In this document: in pieces, positions 11,631 to 20,547 of the stretch
Layout: every line of letters starts with the position of its first letter
Numbering within the stretch: the stretch's first letter is position 1
Origin: Eukaryota sp. GEM-RC1
Lineage: Eukaryota
Direction: 5' to 3'
DNA length: 64,000 nt
Assembly: GCA_040285855.1 (NCBI GenBank)
Contig: JAUFOQ010000001.1
Span: 1,550,001-1,614,000, forward strand
Notes under the pieces: generated by a model
Databases searched by the model: none
Told to the model about the DNA's origin: nothing
The model's input: the letters and a program-made list of their open reading frames with translations, nothing else
Translations under genes and position numbers: made by a program

Positions 11631-12752
11631 ATGAGTATAACTCGCAACAACCAAGACAAATTCATTGCCCTGAACATGTCTGTTAACGATGTTTCAATAT
11701 CCGGAACCATAGATTCAGGCGCACAAGTCTCCGTCATCACTCAAGACTTAGTCGATCTCTGCAAGATGAACACCTCACAGGAAACAATCTCCTACATCAC
11801 CGCAAATGGCACCCGTACATCGTCCTTAGGCACAGCCAAAGGTGTTCTTGCGTTCCAGCTCAATAGCGCAGCTAACCTAGTTTATATAGATCACTCCTTC
11901 CCTATTGTTACCGGTAATAAAACAATGCTCATCGGAATCGATTTATTAAACAAATTAGGGCTGTTGACAGAGGACAGTCTAGTCATTGGACTAGATAAAG
12001 AACATAACACCATCTTGAAAGATGAATTGGAATTCGATCACCTAATGAGCACACACCCACCAGTGAGGTCCAGACACACCGATCATTCCACATCATTCAA
12101 CCCAGTTGAATCCGGTTGCACAATCGAACTAGACAATCAACTTCTAGAGGAAGAGCTCACATCCCTCTTAGAAGAATTCAGGATCATATTCCAGTCGACT
12201 CCTCATCCCGATGGAATAGATTGTCCCCCAATGGAAATACCCTTCCACGACGAATCAACTGTCGTCAAAAGGAAACCACGCTACTTCAATCCTGAGAAGC
12301 TAAAGATTGCCAATGGCATCTTTGACGAACTTATCGAACAAGGTTTCGCCGTGTCATCCCCACAATCTAAGTTCTCAAGCCCTGTAGTACTCGTCACGTA
12401 CCCTGATCATAGGAAACCACGTCTGACTGGAGATTACAGCGGAACAGGAGGTGTTAACGATTCAACAGTCCCGATAGCATCCGACCTGCCCAACATCGCT
12501 GACGTGATCACATTCTTACCAGCAGCAAACTTCATTGCAACCCTCGATCTCCCCAAGGCCTTTTGGCAACTGAAAGTTGCTCCAAAAGATATGGACAAAA
12601 CTGCTTTAACAATCCCTGGCAGAACAATCAAGTTCACCAGAGCTCCATTCGGCCTGAAAAATGTACCAGCAATTTTTCAAAACCTGATGACAGAGATCTT
12701 CGCAATGGATGGAGTCTTCATCTATCATAGTTATAGCTTCAGCGTTCGATGA
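11631..12752 (+). pseudogene. pol: Gypsy pol part 1: aspartic protease and N-terminal reverse transcriptase
   Basis: IDSGAQVSVI protease motif; RT motifs SPVVLV, LDLPKAFWQ, PFGLKNVPAIFQ. The frame breaks at GVFIY, where YIDD should follow. Confidence 0.9.
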
Positions 12753-13698
12753 ATTTATAACTCGACTTCGAGCAGTTTTCAATAAAGCACAATCCGCTAG
12801 AGTAACCCTCGGCATCCACAAGTGCAAGTTTGTAACCCACAAACACCCAATCAAGATATTAGGCAGTATCTTCCACAACAAAACCAGATTAATCGATGAT
12901 GTCAGAATCAAAGCTGTCCTTGAAATTCCAAATCCCAAGACAGTGAAAGATGTAAGAAGCCTCGTAGGTTCAATCAACTACATCAGAGACTGGTTACCAG
13001 GAATCTCCCAATTATTAGCCCCAATTATCGCCCTGACCAAAGGAAAACCTAAAGGCGTAAAATGGGAACACAAACACCAACGAGCTTTTGAGTCAATCAA
13101 AAATTTGATAGTCCATCAAATACCACTCGACCTTCCTGGCCCCAATAGTAACATCCTCATTAGCGCAGACGCTTCTGACCTTGCTGTTGGAGGTGTCATC
13201 TGGAACGAAATCTCTTCAAGTCCACCAGGTACACCATTGATTAAACGAAAGGTTCAACCTATTAGTTTCTTCAGCCGTATACTGTTCGATTCTCAGCTCA
13301 ACTGGGCGACCATCCAGAAAGAGCTTTACGCCATCCTCATCATCTTGACGGAGTCGAGCTTGGCTAACTTCCTCAAGACTAGGCACCTTACAATCTTCAC
13401 AGATCACAAGAACCTAGCATACCTCATTTCGTGTCCCGATAAGAACAGAATGGTTAAAAGATGGCTCGTGGTACTTTCAGAATACCAATTCGACATCGTA
13501 CACACATCTGGAGTTGACAACCACTGGGCAGACATGCTCTCGCGGTTATGTCCTCACCAATCTCCCATCCAGCAATCCGCTGCACAACCTACTGATGATC
13601 CAGTAGCCGTTACAAGAATTGATCACACCGATCTCCCCTCAATTAACAGTCTCCCTGAAGTTGCACAAAAGATCTCCCAATCTTCAGCAATTGGTTGA
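12709..13698 (+). pseudogene. pol: Gypsy pol part 2: RT C-terminus and RNase H
   Basis: KCKF, VRSLVGSINY, ADASDLAVGGV, QKELYAI, TDHKNL, NHWADMLSR. Confidence 0.9.
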
Positions 13699-15179
13699 AC
13701 AGAATCCGTTCCGAACAATCCAAAGCGATTGAGTCAAACGAACCCCTCTTCAACAACACAACATTCAACGATAGAGTACAGTTATATCTAACCAACGACA
13801 AGAAAATCCTGATCCCCTTGTCCCTCAGGAAATCCGCCTTGCTCAACATCCATGAATTAGTACAATCTGGTCATCCCAGTATAGCAACATCAGTTAAAAA
13901 CCTTAACGACAGCAACTACTGGTGGCCGAACATGAAAGACGATCTAGTCAATCATATTAAGAGCTGTCCCTCATGCCAAAAGACATCCCCTGTCAAAAGG
14001 GATCAAATCCCTCACTCAGAATCACTTTGGGCCGATAAACCATTCGCCAAAGTTAATGTAGACACTATTGGTCCATTATCCCCTGACGCTGAAGGTAACC
14101 GTTACATCCTAGTATTTGTAGATTCTTTCACAAGATTCACTATATTAGCCCCAATCAATGAACTGAACGCTGAAGAAGTTGCATATGCACTCGTGTTCAA
14201 CGTATGTGGTATATTCGGTATCCCCTATTCCATCCACAGCGACAACGGTCCTGAATTTGCCAACGCAACATTCAACGCAGTCTGTCAACTGCTGGCAATT
14301 GATAACACTACATCCATCCCCCACTTTTCTCAATTTAACGGGTTAGTCGAGAGACGTCATCGCGATGTCTTAAGAAATCTTCAACGTTTCCTAATCGACT
14401 TTGGAACATTCGACAACTGGACCGAATACCTTCCCTTCGTACAACTCCAGCTAAACGCAACAAAGAATCGTTACACTAAACACACCCGTTATGAACTAAT
14501 GTTTGGGTCCTCTTTTGGGCCTAAGGCAGATCCTAGTATCATACTCAGAACCCTCGAAGCTTCCAATTTAAGTATCCCTTTTATCGAAGACCTTCAAAGA
14601 GAAAACGAGAGAATCCGGGAAAGGCAAGAATCAGCAAGTAGCATTCAATCGTCAAAGAGACCCCCTAAGTCCAATAAATCAAATCCATTCGAAATTGGCG
14701 ATCTGATCCTCAGATCCTCTAAGACTGCTACAAAGCTTCATGGCAAACACTCTGGCCCATTCCTGGTCATCGAGCTCCTTTCATCATCATCCTTGAAAAT
14801 CAAGAACCTTGTATCTGGCATTGAATCCCAAGCTAGTGTACATCAATGCAAACCCTACCATTCTGACCATCCATCAGATCATGGCATCCACCAACAAGTT
14901 GCAGCTGGTGATAAGGAAGAACATGTCATCACTGACGTGTTAGATCAATTCGTCTCACCTGAAGGTCCAATGTGTTCTGTATTATGGTATGGAGGAGATA
15001 TCACTGCAGTTGCTACTTCAAGTATTAAAAACACTAAGGCATTTATGGCGTTTAAGAAAAATAATAATAATCCTTGTATAGACCAGAGAAAGAGATCATC
15101 CTCAAAAGCTAATCCTAACAAGACTCCCATAGCTAAGAGAACTCGAAGAAGAACTGGTTCGAAGAAGGAGAAGAAGTAG
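13695..15179 (+). pseudogene. pol: Gypsy pol part 3: integrase (HHCC, DDE, GPF), chromodomain-like module and basic tail
   Basis: H...GH...CPSC, VDTIGP, VDSFTRF, SDNGPEF, NGLVERRH, KLHGKHSGPF. Ends KKEKK*; frameshifted relative to part 2. Confidence 0.9.
15161..15179 (+). promoter_or_regulatory. Polypurine tract of element 1, overlapping the last pol codons
   Basis: GAAGAAGGAGAAGAAGTAG lies immediately 5' of the 3' LTR. Confidence 0.85.
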
Positions 15180-15264
15180 TGTAGATTATCATAGTATGAG
15201 AATCATAGATTATAAACCATCTTAATTTCACTTCTTGTATGTCCGTACCTTACATAAAGCATCA
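15180..15264 (+). repeat. 3' LTR of element 1 (85 bp)
   Basis: Identical to 9593-9677 and followed by TSD TTAG. Confidence 0.95.
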
Positions 15265-15599
15265 TTAGGATTTAAGCTAAAACAGTATTGATAGTTCGGG
15301 CATTTTTATCATTGAATGACGTATTGAAAATTAATAATTTTATTACTGCAATTATTTTAGGTCGTAGTTGTATTGGTCGTGACGTAATTGAGGGGTTGCT
15401 CAAAGTTTTGACAATCAATGGATCTGTTGTAGACATTACTTTTAGTCACAACGATAATGGTAAAAATGGTGCTAGTGCATTGGCTGTAGCTGTGATGGGT
15501 AATCTAACAACTGCTAGAATTTATTTGTGTGGTAATCATGTCGATCTTGAAAAGCTGCGAATGTTTTGCGATATTTCAGACCATCGTGTTATTGTTTAA
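15265..15599 (+). pseudogene. RI-like (NLRC3-type, 28-aa) LRR 3' fragment, continuing the gene split by element 1
   Basis: DVLKINNFITAIILGRSCIGRD..., NGKNGASALAVAVMGNLTTARIYLCGN fits the RI-like LRR consensus. Confidence 0.75.
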
Positions 15600-16374
15600 A
15601 TGCTAAATTTTGATTTTCCAGAAATGTTAAATAACTCGTGGTATATCCCACTTCAGTAATATCGCCTTGACTACAGTCATTAACTCAATACTTATTGTTC
15701 TAATACTCAACCGCTCAAGTTAAAAAATGAACCGAACACATTTTCATTGTATTACGTGATTGTATTTTCATGTGTTGTTATTTTACAACTTTAACAACAA
15801 CACTAAGTCTGTAATGCCGGTTATATCCTAACTTATCACAAGCAAAGGAGAAAATTAATGTAAGTGACGGCGTTGTGGCGGGTTTTGCTATAGAATGTGT
15901 CTAGAACTCTTATGACAGTATGTACGATATCTTTTAAAATAAACATTGTCTATGTTTATTTTCACTCCTTGTGTTGCGCTCTGAATTTGAAGCCAAAAAT
16001 TAAGGAGTTGTGAACGCGTTTATTGCTTATGCACTTAGATAAGAGATCGGTCGGTGGAGAACCAAGGATCGAACAACATAAGTTTGGTCATAACAGAATT
16101 AGTCATAAAACGAGGGGAATCTGCATGTTGACTGTTGGTATTTCCTACTACTACAACGAATAGAGATAAGCGTTGTTTGTGAGCACAAGAAAAATTACTC
16201 AAAAACAACTTCTGAACTTTCCAGACAAGTGTGTAAGCCACTGAAACTAACAAACTGTCTTGTAGACGATGGAGCCTACAGAGAAGCAAAGTTTTCATAT
16301 CAACACAAACACGTCACTTTGAAAACACGTAGTTCTGGGAAGTACAAAATTTTAATTCTTCAGTACAAATTCTC

Positions 16375-18201
16375 ATGAAACGCCTTTGTTCTTTAACAAA
16401 CGATTTTTCTGAAGCTCAAGCCCACATTCCTAAAGCCAAGACGTGGAATGGAGACACTAACATATCAGAAGATGCCATGACTGAGTTTTCCACCTTGCTG
16501 CTCCTGGATAAAGCCTTGATGCTGTCACCCGAAGCCAAGAAGCTGAAACAATACCCTTCCGAGCAACTTGAACAGATCAAAGAATCCTTAGCCAAGGTGA
16601 TGATGTACTGCGAGTCTCTTCATGGAAGTAACCAAAAGCTCTTTTCTCTCAGGGTGATACAGTTCATGGTTTACCAGCGGGCGGTCAAGGGAGTTGGTCA
16701 ACGGAGTCGCCTTGGGTTTTCCTTCCTCTTCACTCAGCTCTATCCCCGTTTTCCACAAACCTGTACGTCTCTCTTAGATCTGGTGGTGTCCAAATACGGC
16801 TCTTTTGCGGATGTTAATCTTCTCTCTTCCTGGTTTTCTCAGAACAATGACACAGAAGGAATGAAGAAACTGGCCGAATTCTGTGCTAAGCATGTCCAAT
16901 CTGATCTCCAAAAGCTCCTTGACCCAGCGGATCCTTCAGCACTTAGCCATGGAGAATTACTTGACGAGTTGAAGAAGTGTATAGACTCACCAAAGGCCAA
17001 CGTAAGTGTTTCACTCATTGGGAAGTGGCTACCAAGAAGAGGACATTGTTTTGAGAGCTTTCGGTTTTACGTTATGGATGCTTTATGGAACACCAATTTC
17101 TCACAGGAAAAAGCTCAACTCTCGAAGAAACTTTGCTTTTTCGAAAAACTGTATAGAGTTGTATGTTCTTGCCTCAACAAGCACTTAAAGACCGTGGAAA
17201 CTTTAATGTGCAGTAAGAACTTTAGCTCCATTGTTCCTGCTCATGTTCCTGCCGTGGCTCTTACGAAGATGAGGAAAGCATTTCTAAATGAGCTTGTCGA
17301 GGAACCAGTGCCAAGTCACATGATCGAAACAGGAAACAGGCATCCAGAGGACTTGGACAGAGTTACTTGTCGGCAGAACTTTAAGGAGTGTGTGGAGAAA
17401 GGAGAAGTCAAAGGTTCAGCACAAGATGTTCAGTCTCTGTCGAAGTTGATCTTCAACCGCAGCCAACAGTCTGAATTGGAACAGCAGCTGATCAATAGCC
17501 AATGGCAAGCCATCAGAACTGAATTGGACGAACTTATTGCTGAAACTGAGAATGGCCGCCACGTGCTTCCAGTTATTGATGTTAGTGGATCAATGGAATG
17601 TTATAATGTGATTGACATTGCCATTGGTCTTGGAGTGTTGTGCTCTCAGTTATCCACCATTCCAAATCACTTCATCACCTTCCATGAGTCTCCTTCTGTG
17701 GTTAAACTTGATCCCAGTGCTGACATCTTTTCTGTATTTAACACTGTGCAGTCTGCTGACTGGGGAGGAAGCACTAACATGGATGGAACTTGTGATTTGG
17801 TTCTGGAGCTGCTGACCAGTAACAACATCCCAAATGACTATGTGTTCACCATTATGATCCTGACTGATGGCCAGTTCAACGAAATGATCAACGACAACTC
17901 AACCTTTTATAATCGAATGAAGAGAAAGTTTGAAGCTGCTGGTTATCCTCTCCCTCGAATTGTGTTCTGGAATTTGAACTCTAGCTCTCCCGGTTTTCCA
18001 GTGCACGGAAAGCAAGAAGGAGTTCAAATGGTGTCTGGTTATAGCCAAACATTGTTGCAACAGGTACTATCTCAGGATTTTACCTTGGAGACCTTACAAT
18101 CTCTTACTCCAGAACAGACACTACGAGATGCATTGGAAGGCTTTGTAGATGTAGAAGAATGTGTCTTGAATGTTGGGGAAGGTATTTTTGATAGTAAATA
18201 A
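16375..18201 (+). CDS. DUF2828-like protein with C-terminal vWA/MIDAS domain (TROVE/Ro60-related architecture), copy 1, intact 608 aa
   Basis: Motifs TWNG, SLIGKWLPR, LNKHLKTVETLMC, HVPAVALTKMRKAF, VIDVSGSM, FITFHESP, WGGSTN, LTDGQF, KFEAAGYPLPRIVFWNL, MVSGYS and TPEQ match my recollection of the DUF2828 family. Confidence 0.85.
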   Translation: MKRLCSLTNDFSEAQAHIPKAKTWNGDTNISEDAMTEFSTLLLLDKALMLSPEAKKLKQYPSEQLEQIKESLAKVMMYCESLHGSNQKLFSLRVIQFMVYQRAVKGVGQRSRLGFSFLFTQLYPRFPQTCTSLLDLVVSKYGSFADVNLLSSWFSQNNDTEGMKKLAEFCAKHVQSDLQKLLDPADPSALSHGELLDELKKCIDSPKANVSVSLIGKWLPRRGHCFESFRFYVMDALWNTNFSQEKAQLSKKLCFFEKLYRVVCSCLNKHLKTVETLMCSKNFSSIVPAHVPAVALTKMRKAFLNELVEEPVPSHMIETGNRHPEDLDRVTCRQNFKECVEKGEVKGSAQDVQSLSKLIFNRSQQSELEQQLINSQWQAIRTELDELIAETENGRHVLPVIDVSGSMECYNVIDIAIGLGVLCSQLSTIPNHFITFHESPSVVKLDPSADIFSVFNTVQSADWGGSTNMDGTCDLVLELLTSNNIPNDYVFTIMILTDGQFNEMINDNSTFYNRMKRKFEAAGYPLPRIVFWNLNSSSPGFPVHGKQEGVQMVSGYSQTLLQQVLSQDFTLETLQSLTPEQTLRDALEGFVDVEECVLNVGEGIFDSK

Positions 18202-18203
18202 AT

Positions 18204-18595
18204 TTAACCTATCATTTGGTGATTTTTTCGATTTAATTGTATTTCTGTTTTAGAGTAGTAAATACACGTCATCACAATTCCAAAGATTTCAAACATCAAT
18301 AGACAGTATATAACAACAAACATGTGTACAATCATAAACCTTTCGTTAGTAACTATAATAGTAAAGACATAATTTTTAAAAGTGGAATGAACTACAGAGT
18401 CAAAAATTCGATAACATAAAACAAGACCTATCACTATCAATCACTACCACAGCTCTATTCTCATAAAAGTAATTGCTAGTAAATCAGTGAAGAAGACCAT
18501 GTGAATTGTTATAAAAACTGCAACAAAAATACGAATCAACCATACTATGTCATCAAAACGTTTTTTCTTCCTCTTTTTACGATTTTTCCAAAATC
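18204..18595 (-). pseudogene. Possible decayed small membrane-protein gene convergent on DUF2828 (equivalent region follows copies 1-10)
   Basis: One frame reads FWKNRKKRKKKRFDDIVWLIRIFVAVFITIHMVFFTDLLAITFMRIELW**LIVIGLVLCY..., a basic patch then hydrophobic stretches with internal stops. Could be a compositional effect of AT-rich DNA. Confidence 0.25.
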
Positions 18596-19185
18596 ATTTA
18601 ACAATTTCAATGTACTTTTTCCTGGATGATATTAAATTGATACATCAAAATGAATGATACAATTTATAGTCAACATGGTTTATGACATTTATTTTATTAA
18701 CTTTATGATTGTTTGAGATCTATCAATATATTTTGGTGTTTGCAAAAAACCTTGTATCCTGTTTGACATCTACAAAAAAAACAGTCGGAACTGATTTGCT
18801 AAGCAATTCTTCTACACAGAGCAAACGGACTACGATGAAACCACAATGAAGCAAAAAAATTCTCTCATTATAACGGAACAAATCGGAACAATTTTTAAAT
18901 AGATATACCAGCACGTTGAGGCGCTATCACATTACTCTTTTAAATTCATTCATGTTGCTACATCAAATGCAGGTAATAATGGGAGTGTAACCGAGGATTT
19001 CTGTGATATCGTTGGGTAATCATGTCGTGATCAAAAGAAAATCATATGGTATAAACAAAACTTGCTTCACACCCTTTGCCGATAGATAGATCGCTAAGCT
19101 TGTCGGCTACAATTGTCTATCAACTCAGTAACATCACTTGATGATGAATAACTGATATTTTTGTTGTTTAGCCTTATGATGATTA

Positions 19186-19773
19186 AAAGTCTGTTTGTTT
19201 GGTAGTTCCACTGGAAGTGAAGGCAATATCTCATTGACTGAAGTTTGAAAAATTACTTGTTCCATAACTAAAATCAATTTCAGACAAAACAGTATTGACA
19301 GATCGGCCATTCCATCATTGACTGACGTATTGAAAGTTAATGGTACAATAGCCGACATTGAGCTTATCAATCATTTTATTGTGTCCACTCAAGGGGTAAT
19401 ATTAGCTGCTATACTAAATTTTGATTCATGTATTACCACTATCAGTCTCTATAACAACTATCCTGATAGTAATAGTGTCATCACTTTGGCTGACGTATTG
19501 AAAATTTATAATTTTATTACTGCATTTATTTTAGGTCGTAGTTGAATTGATCGGGAAGGAATTGAGGGGTTGGTCAAAGTTTTGACAATCAATGGATCTG
19601 TTGTAGACATTACTTTCTGTCTCAACGCTATTGGTAATGATGGAGCTAGGGCATTGGCTGTAGCTGTGATGGATAATCTAACAACTGCTAGAATTTGTTT
19701 GTGTGGTAATCATGTTAATCTTGAAAAGCTGCGAATGATTTGAGATCTTTCATAAAATCGTGTTATTGTTTAA
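19186..19773 (+). pseudogene. RI-like LRR pseudogene, unit 2
   Basis: About seven 28-aa LRRs with in-frame stops (LTEV*K, GRS*IDR, RMI*D). Confidence 0.75.
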
Positions 19774-20547
19774 ATGCTAAGTTTTGATTTTCCGGAAATG
19801 TTAAATAACTCGTGGTATATCCCACTTCAGTAATATCGCCTTGACTACAGTCATTAACTCAATACTTATTGTTCTAATACTCAACCGCTCAAGTAAAAAA
19901 TGAACCGAACACATTTTCATTGTATTACGTGATTGTATTTTCATGTGTTGTTATTTTACAACTTTAACAACAACACTCAGTCTACAATGCCGGTTATATC
20001 CTAACTTATCACAAGCAAAGGAGAAAATTAATGTAAGTGACGGCGTTGTGGCGGGTTTTGCTATAGAATGTGTCTAGAACTCTTATGACAGTATGTACGA
20101 TATCTTTTAAAATAAACATTGTCTATGTTTATTTTCACTCCTTGTGTTGCGCTCTGAATTTGAAACCAAAAATTAAAGAGTTGTGAACGCGTTTATTGCT
20201 TATGCACTTAGATAAGAGATCGGTCGGTGGAGAACCAAGGATCGAACAACATATGTTTGGTCATGACAGAATTAGTTATAAACCGAGGGGAATCTGGATG
20301 TTGATTGTTAGTATTTTCCACTACTACAACGAATAAAAATAAGCGTTGTTTGTGAGCACAAGAAAAATTACTCAAAAACAACTTCTGAACTTTCCAGACA
20401 AGTGTGTAAGCCACTGAAACTATCAAACTGTCTTGTAGGCGATGGAACCTCCAGAGGAGCAAAGTTTTCGTATCAACACAAACACGTCACTTTGAAAACA
20501 CGTAGTTCTGGGAAGTACGAAATTTAAATTCTTCAGTACAAATTATG

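Larger units (their letters stand above)
9593..15264 (+). mobile_element. Complete but defective Ty3/gypsy LTR retrotransposon (element 1)
   Basis: Two identical 85-bp TG...CA LTRs, 4-bp TSD TTAG (9589-9592, 15265-15268), and domain order PR-RT-RNaseH-IN. Confidence 0.95.

Noticed and set aside
12709..12752. Programmed ribosomal frameshift in pol
   Set aside because: The shift coincides with loss of the catalytic IDD codons, so it is a lesion.
16035..16298. Recurrent 64-87 aa minus-strand ORF (…FDPWFSTDRSLI) as a partner gene
   Set aside because: It recurs only because the unit is duplicated. Start and length vary, it is missing from the ORF track in units 6 and 9, and it has no recognisable motif.
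17006..17815. Short alternative-frame and antisense ORFs inside DUF2828 copies
   Set aside because: Shadow ORFs of the main coding frame.
15288..18201. Functional NLR-like LRR sensor plus effector pair
   Set aside because: The LRR has no intact N-terminal domain within the unit and carries shared stops; no NACHT/NB-ARC seen.
19186..19773. Alternative genetic code explaining the LRR stops
   Set aside because: Long ORFs in the window translate cleanly with the standard code and end in TAA/TAG. The LRR TGAs replace different expected residues (Leu, Cys) and come with frameshifts.
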